Positions 45,575 through 57,938 of a DNA stretch of 64,000 nt are shown piece after piece (the first letter of the stretch is position 1; each line of letters opens with the position of its first letter). Below the pieces are notes generated by a model. It was not told where the DNA came from. It ran no database searches and saw only the letters and a program-made list of their open reading frames with translations. Source of the DNA: Candidatus Hydrogenedentota bacterium (GTDB lineage Bacteria; Hydrogenedentota; Hydrogenedentia; Hydrogenedentales; JAEUWI01); assembly GCA_034669905.1 (NCBI GenBank), contig JAXMOL010000016.1, forward strand, positions 64,001-128,000, in the 5' to 3' direction. The translations under genes were made by a program, and so were the position numbers.

Positions 45575-48274
45575 TCAGCTGCTGGCTTCTTCGCCCTCAG
45601 CACCCTCTGCCTTCGCTGCTTTCTTCCGCTTCTTTTTCTTGGAAGAAATATAGCGCTTGTTGTCGTCGTCCTTCGTGCCGTCCGCAGCGAGCGGTCCCCG
45701 GCTGAAGTAGTGATCCCAGACCAGCACCACGGGACTTGCCACGAAGATGGAGGAGTAGGTACCCACAATCACACCGACCATGAGGGCAAAGGCGAAGTCT
45801 TCAATATCCGCACCACCAAACAGGAAGAGCACGACGACCACGAAGAGTGTGGTAATCGATGTGAGCAGCGTCCGGCTCAGCGTGCTGTTGATGGCGATGT
45901 TCACGATCTCACCAAACTTCTTGCCCCGGCCCTTGAACTGTTCCAGGTCTTCACGAATGCGGTCAAAGACCACGATTGTATCGTTCAGCGAGTAACCGAT
46001 GATGGTCAGGATAGCGGCCACCACAGCAAGGTTAATTTCCCGGCCGAAGAGGGCAAAGACCCCCAGGGTAATCAACACGTCGTGCACCAGGGCCACCACA
46101 GCACCCACCGCGAACTTGAGGTGGAAGCGATAGCCGATGTAGAGCACGATAAAGAGGAGCGACCAGATAACCGCCCAAAGCGCATCGGCGCGAAGCTGGG
46201 CGCCAACGGCCGGACCCACCGTCTTCACCGACTCAAAGATCACGTTATCCGGATTGTCACCCACGAGCGGCGCCAGGGCCGTGTGAATTACCTCGGAAAC
46301 GGTCTTCGCTTCGTCGCCTTCCAGGGCAGGCAGGGAGACATCACCGACCCGCACCATGAATTCGTTTTCCGTAGTATCGGAAATGATGTGCTGTACCTGG
46401 GGGCCGTCAAAACCCGCGCCGTTCAGTGCCGTACGCACGTCATCTTCTTTAATCGTCGTGTCACTCTGAAGCGCCATCCGAACGTTGGTACCCTGGGTGA
46501 AATCCACACCCAGCATCTCACCGCTGTTCAGCTTCATGGTGAAGAGTCCAATACCAACGACGACCAGCACCGCACTGAGCGTTCCGCTGATGGCGCGCCA
46601 GTTCATGAAGGGGATGTGGGTGTCGGGCTTGACCAGACTCATCATCTTCACGGACTTCAGCTTGCGGCTTTCGAAGAAGAAATCGAAGAGCGCCCGGCTG
46701 ACGACCAGGGAGGTGAAGACACTGGCGCACACACCGATACTCAAGGTGATGGCGAAGCCTTCAATGGGGCCCGTACCGAACTGGAGCAGCACGATGGCCG
46801 CGATAAAGGTCGTAACGTTGGCGTCCAGAATCGTAACCGCGGCCTTTCCGAAGCCCGTCTCAATGGAAGACAGCACGGAGTGACCCAGGCGCATCTCTTC
46901 GCGGATACGCTCAAAGATAAGGACGTTGGCGTCAACCGCCATACCGATGGTCAGGATAAGACCGGCGATACCGGGCAAGGTCAGGGTCATGTCGAAGTAG
47001 GCCATGGCCGCCAGCACGAGTACCGCATTCATCAGCAAGGCGACGAGGGCAATACCACCCGGCACCATGTAATACACAAGGACGAAGACACCCACCAGGG
47101 CCAGACCCCAGAGGGCGGAAGAAATGCCTTTCTTGACGGAGTCGGCACCCAGGGTCGCGCTCACCACGTCCACCGAGTCGACTTCCACCTCAAGCAACAT
47201 GGAACCCGAATTCAGCACGATGGCCAGGTCACGGGCTTCTTCGGCATTAAACTGGCCGGTAATCTGGCCATTGAAATCAATACGTTGGTTAATATTCGGG
47301 GCCGACTGCACCACGCCGTCCAGGACGATAGCCATGGGCTTGCCGACGTTCTTCTCCGTGGCTTCGCCGAAGAGCGTGCCGCCTTCGGTGTTGAAGCTGA
47401 AAAGAATGGCCCAGCTCGCGGGATTCTGCGGATCAGGAATGGCCGAGGCCGACGTAAGGCCCGTGCCCGTCGCGATGGGCTTCTTGTCCAGCACGTAGAG
47501 GTCGTAACGCTGCTCCTGGTCCACACGGGGAGCACGGCCAAAGGCGAGCATGGTGTCTTCTGGAATCACGCCCGGCAGCTGTTCAATCTTAGCGATCATA
47601 TCCCGGACGGCCTGGTAATTCTCTGGCTTTACCCAGACCATGCCGTCAAAACCGGGCGCTTCCAGGTAGCTGGAAAATTCGTTGGGGAAGCGGTCTTTCA
47701 GGGCACGGAAGACCTGAACCGTCTTGTCCTGACCGGCCACGATGTGGAAGTTCAGGAGCGCCGTCTTGGTCATGAGGTCCACCGCGCGCTGGGTGTCTTT
47801 CTCACCCGGAAGCTGGGCCTGGATCTGGTCCGTACCCAGTTTCTGGATAATCGGCTCCTTGGCTTCAAACTCGTTAATACGGTTGACGAGCTGCTCGTAG
47901 ACGGTGTCTTGAACGCGCTCGGCAATTTCCGTGTCGCTGAGGCCGTCATCGTCGCGGTAGGAAGCCAGCTTCTCGGGGTCCAGGTCCTGCCAGTCGAAAC
48001 TGACCACCATCTGGATACCGCCCTGGAGATCGAGGCCCAGGTTGATCACCTGGTCCCGGTCACACTGGGACCAGCGCTTGATTTTGAAAAAGACATCGGA
48101 AAAATAGCTGTGAGACTCGCCCGCACGTTCCTTGTCTTCCGCTTCCCAGGTGGCAATGCGCGCATTCCGCGTGTCCTGATCCATCACCATCCACCCAATG
48201 GTGGGGTAGATGACCAACAAGGCAATAATGATCGCACCCCAGATGAGGACACTGCGATAAAGATGTTTTTTCAT
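45575..48274 (-). CDS. secDF: protein translocase subunit SecDF (fused)
   Basis: LGLDLQGG, TLPGIAG..LTIGMAVDANVLIFER, GVDFT.G, GYSLNDT.VVFDR. Confidence 0.97.
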   Translation of the reverse strand: MKKHLYRSVLIWGAIIIALLVIYPTIGWMVMDQDTRNARIATWEAEDKERAGESHSYFSDVFFKIKRWSQCDRDQVINLGLDLQGGIQMVVSFDWQDLDPEKLASYRDDDGLSDTEIAERVQDTVYEQLVNRINEFEAKEPIIQKLGTDQIQAQLPGEKDTQRAVDLMTKTALLNFHIVAGQDKTVQVFRALKDRFPNEFSSYLEAPGFDGMVWVKPENYQAVRDMIAKIEQLPGVIPEDTMLAFGRAPRVDQEQRYDLYVLDKKPIATGTGLTSASAIPDPQNPASWAILFSFNTEGGTLFGEATEKNVGKPMAIVLDGVVQSAPNINQRIDFNGQITGQFNAEEARDLAIVLNSGSMLLEVEVDSVDVVSATLGADSVKKGISSALWGLALVGVFVLVYYMVPGGIALVALLMNAVLVLAAMAYFDMTLTLPGIAGLILTIGMAVDANVLIFERIREEMRLGHSVLSSIETGFGKAAVTILDANVTTFIAAIVLLQFGTGPIEGFAITLSIGVCASVFTSLVVSRALFDFFFESRKLKSVKMMSLVKPDTHIPFMNWRAISGTLSAVLVVVGIGLFTMKLNSGEMLGVDFTQGTNVRMALQSDTTIKEDDVRTALNGAGFDGPQVQHIISDTTENEFMVRVGDVSLPALEGDEAKTVSEVIHTALAPLVGDNPDNVIFESVKTVGPAVGAQLRADALWAVIWSLLFIVLYIGYRFHLKFAVGAVVALVHDVLITLGVFALFGREINLAVVAAILTIIGYSLNDTIVVFDRIREDLEQFKGRGKKFGEIVNIAINSTLSRTLLTSITTLFVVVVLFLFGGADIEDFAFALMVGVIVGTYSSIFVASPVVLVWDHYFSRGPLAADGTKDDDNKRYISSKKKKRKKAAKAEGAEGEEASS

Positions 48275-48342
48275 GGAATAACTCCGCTGCGATTGAGGAA
48301 CATCGGAAACCGACGTGTAGAAAAAGCCAATCTGGGGACAGA

Positions 48343-48696
48343 TTAGCTCGCGTTTTCTTCGTCGGTGCTGATTACGTGGGCAATAGAATTGCGGACGAAT
48401 TTGATGGTGACGTTGTCATCGACGCGCAACACCACATCGGTGTCGTTGATACCGACAACCCGGCCACAGATGCCACCAGTGGTGACGACTTCGTCCCCTT
48501 TGGACAGGGCATTCAGCATATCCTGCCGCTCGCGATCCCGCTTCTGCTGGGGGCGAATGGTCAGGAAATACATGATAAAGATAAAGGCGATCATCAGCGG
48601 AGCCATGGACATCAGTCCACCCATGGGGCTGGGGGGTGCCCCCTCCGTCTGAGCCATCACCATATGAAGTACTTCAATGCTGCTCGCTAGATTCAT
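48343..48696 (-). CDS. yajC: preprotein translocase subunit YajC
   Basis: YFL.IRPQ.K, KGDEVVT.GGI.G. Confidence 0.96.
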   Translation of the reverse strand: MNLASSIEVLHMVMAQTEGAPPSPMGGLMSMAPLMIAFIFIMYFLTIRPQQKRDRERQDMLNALSKGDEVVTTGGICGRVVGINDTDVVLRVDDNVTIKFVRNSIAHVISTDEENAS

Positions 48697-48715
48697 CGTG
48701 ATACAGTCTTAACTT

Positions 48716-49858
<1,143 letters not shown>

Positions 49859-50099
49859 TTACATGGAGAACCCGCAATTATGCCCCAAGACACCGCGCAC
49901 ACGCAATGTGAGGCACCGGGAACATCGGGAAGCCTGCCACCATGACCCACACGACCCGCCCGTGGCAGTGACCGTGCCCTTTCAGGTAAAATAAGGCCAC
50001 TCCCGACACATCCCGTGGTCGGCCATGCCCCTGCCCGCCAGATATCGCGGGTACCAACAACACGATCCCCCACCTTGGGCGGGGTCACCGAAAGCCATC

Positions 50100-50399
50100 A
50101 TGATTGAACTGAACAGCTCCCAGCGCAAGTACCTCCGTAAAGTGGGCCACCACCTCGATCCCCTCATCATCATCGGAAAACAGGGCCTCACCGACATGCT
50201 CGTTCGTGCCGTCTCCGAGGCGTTGGAGCACCACGAACTGGTCAAAGTCCGTTTCAATGAGTTCAAAGACGAAAAACGGGAGCTCACCGACGAGCTCGTC
50301 CGCCGCACCGGAAGCCAGGTCGCCGGTATGATCGGACACGTGACCCTGCTCTACAAAGAGCAACCCGATGAAGAAAAGCGAAAGATCATTTTTCCCTGA
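50100..50399 (+). CDS. yhbY: ribosome assembly RNA-binding protein YhbY (CRM)
   Basis: QR.YLR..HHL.P..IGK.G, ALE.HELVKV, IG...LY. Confidence 0.93.
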   Translation: MIELNSSQRKYLRKVGHHLDPLIIIGKQGLTDMLVRAVSEALEHHELVKVRFNEFKDEKRELTDELVRRTGSQVAGMIGHVTLLYKEQPDEEKRKIIFP

Positions 50400-50434
50400 G
50401 TGCGGGCCCAGGTCGCCCCGTCAGATACCATGAG

Positions 50435-50470
50435 AAATCCCCGCTCCGATTGCTGTCGGAGCGGGGATTT
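50435..50470. terminator. bidirectional terminator
   Basis: AAATCCCCGCTCCGA-loop-TCGGAGCGGGGATTT between convergent genes. Confidence 0.85.
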
Positions 50471-50500
50471 TATGGATCGCTGGTCGGTGGGACCGGGCGA

Positions 50501-51664
50501 CTACTCGATACGCAGTATCGTGCCCGCAATGTGACGCGTGCCGTTTCCTACGTTAAAGTAGTAAGTGACAAGCACACGGCCATCGGCCATCATGGTCGCC
50601 CAGGGATAGCCCAGGTCACTGCCGCCACCGTCTTCCCGCAATACAATCTCTTTGGACTCTTTGAAGTCCGTGCATTCGGGATTCAGGATACGGGCCCGAA
50701 TGCCCATGGGTTTGTGACGGTAGCCGTAGACCAGTAAGACCCGGCCATCGGGGAGACGCAGGGGAAAGTGGGGATGGCCCTGGAAGCCCGCATCTTCCCA
50801 CGTAAAGGATTCGCCGCCGTCGGTCGAACGGGCGATGACCGTGTGGTCATCAAATTTGGCCGTCCGAATAAAGGTGACGATATCCCCCTTGGGGGTTTCG
50901 TAAATCGAGGCTTCGTTAAAGGCGATTTCGGGATCCTGCGCGATGGGCGACCGGTAATCCCAGGTCAGCCCCCCGTCGTCTGAAGTCAGCAGGTGATTCT
51001 CCGTGCGTCGGCCCTTGTCATCGAAGACGTGCCGGGCTACCGCCCAGAAAATGCGGCCACTCTTGCCCTGGTACATGCTGCCCCGGTTGTAGGCGGGCAC
51101 GGGCGTGTTGAAGGCCGTCTTCGTGTCGTTGCCCGGAAGGGTCGGGGGCAAGATCAAATCGGACCAGCTATCTCCCCCGTCCGTCGAACGCACGAGATAA
51201 CCGCCAAAGAATACGAATTTCCCCGCGCTGACCACATTGCCCCAGCTCTTCCACGTCTCATCGCGGGGCAAGGCCCAGCCATAGCTGGCAACCAGCAGGG
51301 AATCGTCGGCCAACTGAATCATGCAGGGATCCTGCGAACCACCAAAGGGGTGGGCCAGGATAAGCCCCGGGTCGGTCGTCCAGCTCTCGCCATTGTCCGT
51401 CGATCGCACTTCCACCAGATAACTGTTGGGATCCGTGTGGTTGGTGCTCTTTTCCCCGAAGACCGCGCGGTTGGGGGCCCGCCGAAAAGCGACGATGAGT
51501 TCCCCATCGGGGCGCCGCACCACGGACGGGAAGGCACTGTGGAAGTTGTCATCGGAATAGATGAGGACGTCTTTTTCTTTCACCAGCGTGGCGGGCTCCG
51601 CGAATGCGCCCGCCATCCCGGTCAGGACAGTGAGTGCGGCAAACAGGGGTAGTATCATTTTCAT
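50501..51664 (-). CDS. secreted sialidase-fold/BNR-repeat glycoside hydrolase
   Basis: Four S.D.G.[ST][WF] Asp-boxes, AFP, DLGYP. Confidence 0.88.
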   Translation of the reverse strand: MKMILPLFAALTVLTGMAGAFAEPATLVKEKDVLIYSDDNFHSAFPSVVRRPDGELIVAFRRAPNRAVFGEKSTNHTDPNSYLVEVRSTDNGESWTTDPGLILAHPFGGSQDPCMIQLADDSLLVASYGWALPRDETWKSWGNVVSAGKFVFFGGYLVRSTDGGDSWSDLILPPTLPGNDTKTAFNTPVPAYNRGSMYQGKSGRIFWAVARHVFDDKGRRTENHLLTSDDGGLTWDYRSPIAQDPEIAFNEASIYETPKGDIVTFIRTAKFDDHTVIARSTDGGESFTWEDAGFQGHPHFPLRLPDGRVLLVYGYRHKPMGIRARILNPECTDFKESKEIVLREDGGGSDLGYPWATMMADGRVLVTYYFNVGNGTRHIAGTILRIE

Positions 51665-51777
51665 GGGAAAAACCTCGTAGATTGGGGGGGCGGGCAAGTT
51701 GTTATAACCAATTATACGAGGCGCGCCGTGCAATTTCAACCGGCAGAGCTCCCCTCACACTCCACGGGATTCACGTA

Positions 51778-54700
51778 TCAGCCGCTGGCAGAGCGACGCA
51801 TCTCCGGCCTCTTCCCCAACACGGCGTGCAATACCGTAAGCAATTCGGATGGAGGCAAAGGCTTTCGAAGCACCTGGACAACACCGATGGAATCAGGGAG
51901 GGCGAAATCCTGCCCTTCCGTCATACCCGTTGAAATCAAAATGGGCATGTCGGGATTCGCGGCATGCAACGCCGTGGCCAACGCTACGCCCGTCATTTCG
52001 GGCATGGTATAGTCCACAATGGCGAGGTCGAAGGCCAGGGGGTCAGACCGCACGTGCTCCAGTGCCTTTTCTGCGTTGGTGAAGCCCATGGACTCAAACC
52101 CCTTCTTCTTCAACACCATCGTCATGAGACTTACGATGGGCTCTTCGTCGTCCACAATTAAAATCGAACCGCTCCCTTGGGAAACACGCGCTCTCGCGGG
52201 CACGCTCCGTTCCGCGGGCAAGAAGCGGGCGTCCAGCAACGGTAGATAGATGTGGATGGTACACCCGGAGCCGACGACGCTTTCCACCTGAATTCCGCCC
52301 CCCATCCGGGCGATGATTCCGTGGACGGTTGCCAGCCCCAATCCCGTACCCTTTCCCTTATGCTTGGTCGTAAAAAAGGGATCAAAAATATGGTCCTGAA
52401 TATCTTTCGGAATCCCAACGCCGGTATCTGAAACCATGATGTGGGCATAGTCCCCAGCCTTCAGGGCGCCCGCTCGGGTCTCCATATGCTCCTGTAAGTC
52501 CACGCGCTCAAGGGAAACACGCAATGTGCCACCGCGTTCCTCCATCGCATGAAAGGCGTTGGTCGCCAGGTTGCTGATGACCTGATGGAGCTGCGTCGGA
52601 TCCCCGGAGATGGTGCACTGGGTCTCGCACAATCGCGCCTCGATCTGAATCGTGACCGGGAGCGACCCGCGCAAGAAGGCCAACACCTCCTGAACGATGG
52701 GGCGCAGGTCCATGGTTCGATACGACACCACCGAATCCCGGCTGAAGGTGAGAATCTGTTCTACGAGACTTGCTGCGCGAAAGGCGCCCTTATCGATTTC
52801 TCCGATACAGTCATCCAGCATTTCGACTTTGCGATCGGCGATATGTTGCCGCGCCATTCCGCTAAATCCCATAATCGCCTGCAGAATATTGTTAAAGTCG
52901 TGGGCAATACCGCCTGCGAGCGTTCCCAGTGACTCCATTTTCTGAGATTGGAGCAACTGGTGCTCCAATGCCGCTTGTCGGGTCATATCGTGAATAATAA
53001 CGGTAAAGAAGCGTTCGGCATTAACCTCAAACTCGCCCACACTGAAGCTGATGGGAAAGGAGTGTCCGTCGCTACGCAGGCCGCGGGCTTCCCGGTCCTG
53101 CGACCGTCGGGCCAGTCGTTTCACGCACGACAGGGTGTCCAAGGATTCATCCGGTTGGGGTGTGCAAAGCAACTGCGAAATCTTCATTCCGACCAGGGCA
53201 TCGCGCTGACGGGCAAACAGTAATTCTGCGGCGGCGTTCGCGCTATCGATGAGCCCCGACTCATCAAAGGTGATGATGGCATCCACTGCGCTCTCCACAA
53301 TGGCGGTTGAGCGGGCACCCAGCGCCAGGCGTTCCGCTTCCGCCCGCTTTCGCTCGGTGATATCCCGAATGACCGTAATCACGTGGGTAACCGTGTTTTC
53401 CTCGCCCATAACGGGAACCAACTGCACGTCCCCGTAGATCTCCCGGCCGTCGATGCCATAGATGATCAGTTCCGAAGCGTAGGGCTGTTCCTGTTCGAGA
53501 TGACGCGTCAGACGCTCGGTCTCTGACCGGTCCGTGTTCGGCCCCCGCAATACCCCGAGCCCCCCGGTGTCAATGTCTTCCAGCCGGTAGCCCGTCATTC
53601 GGGTAAAGCCTTCGTTTACAAATCGCGGCAAGGGCCCCGTGTCGCTGACAGGGCGAGCATCTGAAATGATGACCGCGTCATTCGTGTGGGTTATCACCGA
53701 CTCCAGAAGGCGCAAATGGGCCTCAGTCCGTTTCCGGTCGGTGATATCCTGGATCGTTCCAAGCAAACGGACCGTTTTCCCGTCCACCACCACCGGCTCA
53801 CAAATACTCCGGACCCAACGGTCGGTCCCCTTATGCGTCATGGCCCGGTGCTCCAGATCCACGGAGGCACCGTGCTCCAATGCACCCAGGATCTGCGCTC
53901 TCAAAATCGCGCGATCGTCGGGATGACAATACTGGAGTGACCGCTCCAGATCGGGGGTATAGTCTGGCGGGCGGTCAAAGATCCGTCCCGTTTCTTCGGT
54001 CCAATACATGGTGTCACTGGGCACGTCATATTCCCACCCCCCCACCTGGGCAATACGTCCGGTCCGATTGAGGCGCTGTTCACTTTCCCTCAGGGAGATT
54101 TCCGCCTGCTTCCGAGCGGTGATATCCCGCGTTACCCCCAGAAGGCCCGAGAGCACACCGTTTTCATCGCGCAATACGGTCACGGCGACTTCTGCGGGGA
54201 ATACCGTCCCATCCTTTCGATACAACGCCAACTCCAGCACTTCCAGTGCGTCGGTATCATCAAAACTGGACGAGGCCGAATCCAGAAGTGAATGGGTAAA
54301 CTCATAGACTTTCTCTTCCGTTCCTTCCGGGCCTAACTCGGCCGTTTCCAGTGCCATTGCTTCGGCGACCGTATACCCCCGCACCCGCTGAACCGACGGG
54401 CTGATATAGGTCATCTTCATATCCAGATCGGCCGTCCAGATTATATCGCTCACGTTCTCCGCCAGGATGCGATAGGTAGACTCCCGTTCACGAAGAGCAC
54501 GTTCTGCCTCCGTCTGGACGGTCACATCCTGGACTGTACCACTCAACTTCACCAACTGCTCCCGGACACACTGCGGACGGCACATCAGCCTCACCCAACG
54601 ATGGACTCCGTTGGCCGTCGTCATACCCAAGGTCAAATCGAAGGGCTCCCCGTGGCTCTTGGCCCGCGCAATGGCCCCTTCCAGTCGGTCCCGCCCAGGG

Positions 54701-55839
54701 TGGTCGTAGAAATCCAACAAGTCCGGTGACACGGTGGCCGTCGCGGGATTCAGGTCATAAATTCGCAGGAGCTCGTCCGTCCAGCTCACCTGCCCCGTCA
54801 CCAGGTCCAATTCCCACCCCCCGACCTTCGCCATGTGCCCGGTCGTCTTCAGAAACGCCTCGTTCCGGCGCAGATCGTCCAGCACCTTCTCACGCTCTTT
54901 CCTCAACGAGACAAAGACGAAACCTGCGGTGGTGGCATACACGGAAAACACCGTAATGGAAAACACGGTGTGATAGAGGTCGCCCGTGGCAAATGGGCCA
55001 TATCCATTGACCGTGAACACCAGCGCCATTCCGGTCACGATGAGGGTCGACAAGGCGGAAACGAAGGCCCCTCCGCGCAGGGACATCCATATCAGCAGCG
55101 GAAAGGGAAGATAGACGACCGTCGGAGCCACGCCAAAGCCCAGCGGGTTTGTAAATGCGAACCAGGTGAGGACAATCAACGACGCCGCGATTACCAGAAA
55201 TTCCACCGCAGAACAATCGCGGCGCCAGGTATGCCAGCGTTCGTGCGTGGCTGTGAGAATCACGGGGGCCACAATCAACACCCCCAACGCGTCACCGATC
55301 CAGTAGGTTACCCAGACGGGAAGCAGCATATCGGCATCGAGGTAGCCGCTGACATACAGCGCCACAGCGCCGTTGGTCGAACTGATCAACATGGCGGCAA
55401 AGCCTGCGACCAGGATGAAATAAAACACGCTCGTCCGTCGACCAAAGTCGCTGTCAAATAGCGACGTGGTTCGCAGACCGTGCGCGCCCAAGACCGGCGC
55501 GGCACACCCCCCCGCGGCCAGCCACAGGGCCGTTACGGGATCCAGCCCAAAGGTGAGTGGGGCAATGAAGGCCCCCAGAAAGACCGCCGACCAATAGCGA
55601 AGCCCCCAAATTGTCAGCATCGCCACGCTGATTCCCGTCGGTGCCCATACGAGGGAGATGAAGTGCTCCGTTATCGACAGGTACTTACCGACCTGCGCAA
55701 GCACCATGTAACTGACGGCAACCAGCAGGAATCGGCTAACGGGACGCTGCAGGGCTTGAAGTTGCCGCAACGACGGCAAAACCCTCCCATGAGTTAAGAT
55801 GACTCTTCTGCTATTCCCGATTTTCCAATCCTGACCCAT
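51778..55839 (-). CDS. hybrid histidine kinase: MASE1 + 5 PAS + HisKA + HATPase + REC
   Basis: MASE1 (VWAPTG, WIGDALG), GIAHDFNN, FDPFFTTK..GTGLGL, VDDE/D..MP. Confidence 0.93.
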   Translation of the reverse strand: MGQDWKIGNSRRVILTHGRVLPSLRQLQALQRPVSRFLLVAVSYMVLAQVGKYLSITEHFISLVWAPTGISVAMLTIWGLRYWSAVFLGAFIAPLTFGLDPVTALWLAAGGCAAPVLGAHGLRTTSLFDSDFGRRTSVFYFILVAGFAAMLISSTNGAVALYVSGYLDADMLLPVWVTYWIGDALGVLIVAPVILTATHERWHTWRRDCSAVEFLVIAASLIVLTWFAFTNPLGFGVAPTVVYLPFPLLIWMSLRGGAFVSALSTLIVTGMALVFTVNGYGPFATGDLYHTVFSITVFSVYATTAGFVFVSLRKEREKVLDDLRRNEAFLKTTGHMAKVGGWELDLVTGQVSWTDELLRIYDLNPATATVSPDLLDFYDHPGRDRLEGAIARAKSHGEPFDLTLGMTTANGVHRWVRLMCRPQCVREQLVKLSGTVQDVTVQTEAERALRERESTYRILAENVSDIIWTADLDMKMTYISPSVQRVRGYTVAEAMALETAELGPEGTEEKVYEFTHSLLDSASSSFDDTDALEVLELALYRKDGTVFPAEVAVTVLRDENGVLSGLLGVTRDITARKQAEISLRESEQRLNRTGRIAQVGGWEYDVPSDTMYWTEETGRIFDRPPDYTPDLERSLQYCHPDDRAILRAQILGALEHGASVDLEHRAMTHKGTDRWVRSICEPVVVDGKTVRLLGTIQDITDRKRTEAHLRLLESVITHTNDAVIISDARPVSDTGPLPRFVNEGFTRMTGYRLEDIDTGGLGVLRGPNTDRSETERLTRHLEQEQPYASELIIYGIDGREIYGDVQLVPVMGEENTVTHVITVIRDITERKRAEAERLALGARSTAIVESAVDAIITFDESGLIDSANAAAELLFARQRDALVGMKISQLLCTPQPDESLDTLSCVKRLARRSQDREARGLRSDGHSFPISFSVGEFEVNAERFFTVIIHDMTRQAALEHQLLQSQKMESLGTLAGGIAHDFNNILQAIMGFSGMARQHIADRKVEMLDDCIGEIDKGAFRAASLVEQILTFSRDSVVSYRTMDLRPIVQEVLAFLRGSLPVTIQIEARLCETQCTISGDPTQLHQVISNLATNAFHAMEERGGTLRVSLERVDLQEHMETRAGALKAGDYAHIMVSDTGVGIPKDIQDHIFDPFFTTKHKGKGTGLGLATVHGIIARMGGGIQVESVVGSGCTIHIYLPLLDARFLPAERSVPARARVSQGSGSILIVDDEEPIVSLMTMVLKKKGFESMGFTNAEKALEHVRSDPLAFDLAIVDYTMPEMTGVALATALHAANPDMPILISTGMTEGQDFALPDSIGVVQVLRKPLPPSELLTVLHAVLGKRPEMRRSASG

Positions 55840-56113
55840 GATGCTACTCCAAGCCGCCCGCTATCCGACATCAATGGCACCAATGTAAAACATACATCAC
55901 TCCACGAATTTTGATCTTAGCCCAAAGTTCCCAAAATAGCAACGAATATTCGGCACACACTACACCTATATCTATTAAGTCAATAAAACATCGGTGAGCA
56001 TGTACCATTGCGTAACACTATGGGACAAAAAAGGGGTTTGCGGTATCCACCACGGCGGGAAAAGCACTCGAAAAGACGAGACCGGCCAGGAAATGACCCG
56101 ATCGGGCACCGCT

Positions 56114-57154
56114 CTACACGTTCCAGTCGGAGAAACGACGGCGGACCAGCAGGTAGAGAAAGACCGGCCCCCCCACCATGGTCGTAATGATTCCTATGGG
56201 CGTCTCGCCGGGAAGAATACGACGGGCGACGATGTCGCAGGCACATAGGAAGGCCCCGCCGGCCACGATACTCAAGGGCATGAGCAGCCGGTGGCTGGGT
56301 CCCGTGAGGAGGCGTACACCGTGGGGGATAATGAGCCCCACGAAACCCACGGGCCCCACCTCCGACACGATGACTGCGGTAATCAGGGAACCGACAAAGA
56401 AGGTCGTCGTTTGGAGTCGGCCGATGTTCACGCCGCGGCCAGCGGCCAGGGTCGTCCCGAAGGCAAATTGGTCGTAGCGGGCAGCCTGGAGTAACAGGAC
56501 GACCGAGCAGGGAATGACCCCCGCAGCCAGTAGGAGCACCGGTTGATAGCCCAAGACATCCACCCCGCCCATGAGCCACCGGTCCATGTTCACCAGCCGG
56601 TCGGGGCGTGCCAGGTAGCGGCTGAACATGATTCCGGCGTTGGCGAGCATGCCTAGGGTGACACCGGCCAACAGCAAGACTGCCGGGGCTGTGTGAATGC
56701 GTCGCGCCGCTAGTAAGTAAACGAGGAACACATCGACGCCCGCAAAAAGAAACGCCATCACCTGTTTGCTGGTGAGCAAGGCGAGGAGGGGAATCGATGC
56801 CGTCACGTCCGCAAGCAAGAAAGCCACCCAGGCCCCCAGCGCGCCGGCACTGGCCACGCCGAGGGTGTAGGGCGTGGCGAGGGGGTTGCGAAGCAGGGCC
56901 TGAAAAGCACACCCCGCCACGGCCAGCCCCCCCCCGGCGAGAAAGGCCGCCAGGGTACGGGGTATCCGCTGCATCAATAGGATGGACAGGGTCGGCGCAT
57001 CGGCAAGGGGGGTCAGGTGGCGGAGTTCCCGCCACGCCTGTCCCAGGTCCAGGGTTTCCGTACCAATAAAAATGCTGCAGGTAAAGATGACCGCGCACGA
57101 CACCAGCCCGAGCAGAAGCAGGAATCGCGTATTGCCCATGACCATCTCAGACAC
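56114..57154 (-). CDS. BtuC/FecCD-family ABC permease
   Basis: R.PR, Q.LLRNPLA.P..LGV.S, G.VGFVGLI.PH. Confidence 0.93.
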   Translation of the reverse strand: MSEMVMGNTRFLLLLGLVSCAVIFTCSIFIGTETLDLGQAWRELRHLTPLADAPTLSILLMQRIPRTLAAFLAGGGLAVAGCAFQALLRNPLATPYTLGVASAGALGAWVAFLLADVTASIPLLALLTSKQVMAFLFAGVDVFLVYLLAARRIHTAPAVLLLAGVTLGMLANAGIMFSRYLARPDRLVNMDRWLMGGVDVLGYQPVLLLAAGVIPCSVVLLLQAARYDQFAFGTTLAAGRGVNIGRLQTTTFFVGSLITAVIVSEVGPVGFVGLIIPHGVRLLTGPSHRLLMPLSIVAGGAFLCACDIVARRILPGETPIGIITTMVGGPVFLYLLVRRRFSDWNV

Positions 57155-57938
57155 CCCCCACCGGTGCCGTCACGAAAGGTCCGCCGCTTTGGGGATGGAC
57201 GCCGACCAGAAGGGGGCTTCCATAGGCACGGGTCAAGACGTCGGCCTGCAAGACGTCGGACGGCGTCCCCTGTTTCACCAGGCAGTGATTTTTCCCCAAC
57301 AAAACCAACCGGTCACAAAACTGGGCCGCCATGTTGATATCGTGGGTGACCACCACGATGCCGAGTTCCTGGGCGGCCAGGGTCCGAAGCTGCTGGAAAA
57401 AAGCGGCTTCGTGGGGGAGATCAAGGGAAGACGTCGGTTCATCCAGTAACAACAAACGGGGTTCCTGGGCCAACACGCTGGCCAGCAATACCCGCTGCCG
57501 CTCGCCCCCGCTCAGGGAGAGGAAGTCCCGATCCGCCAGTTCCGTCGTTTCGGTTTGGGTCAGACAGGCCTGAACGATTTCGTGATCGGGCGCTCCGAGA
57601 CTGCCAAAGGGACCAAGGTGGGGAAAACGCCCGAGGGCGACCACTTCCCGGACACTCAAACTAAAGGCCGGGCTCACTGATTGGGGCATGTAGGCCACGA
57701 GCCGGGCACGTTCCCGATCGGTGTATTGGTCCAAAGGACGATCGTTGAGGCGTACGGTCCCCGATTCGGGAATCAGCAGGCCACAGAGTAGCTGGAGCAG
57801 GGTGCTCTTCCCCGCGCCGTTCGGTCCGATGATCCCCGTCACTTCACCCGTCTTGACCTGGGTCGAAACCGCGTTTAAGACGGGTTGGCCGGCGCTGTAG
57901 GCAAAGGCCAGCATTTCGGCCGCTATCGTATACATCAT
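57147..57938 (-). CDS. BtuD/FecE-family ABC ATP-binding protein
   Basis: GPNGAGKST, LSGGERQR, LDEPT, HDIN.A. Confidence 0.93.
   Translation of the reverse strand: MMYTIAAEMLAFAYSAGQPVLNAVSTQVKTGEVTGIIGPNGAGKSTLLQLLCGLLIPESGTVRLNDRPLDQYTDRERARLVAYMPQSVSPAFSLSVREVVALGRFPHLGPFGSLGAPDHEIVQACLTQTETTELADRDFLSLSGGERQRVLLASVLAQEPRLLLLDEPTSSLDLPHEAAFFQQLRTLAAQELGIVVVTHDINMAAQFCDRLVLLGKNHCLVKQGTPSDVLQADVLTRAYGSPLLVGVHPQSGGPFVTAPVGGV

Noticed and set aside
45710..48346. Long antisense ORFs (also 51..1073, 1375..2529, 3864..5630, 22951..24165, 32795..34270, 63077..63940)
   Set aside because: Shadow frames of real genes caused by high-GC codon bias; no protein motifs
53340..53700. LOV photosensor in the hybrid kinase
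   Set aside because: The PAS domain has FVNEGF.RMTGY and RGP.TD but lacks the NCRFLQ cysteine motif
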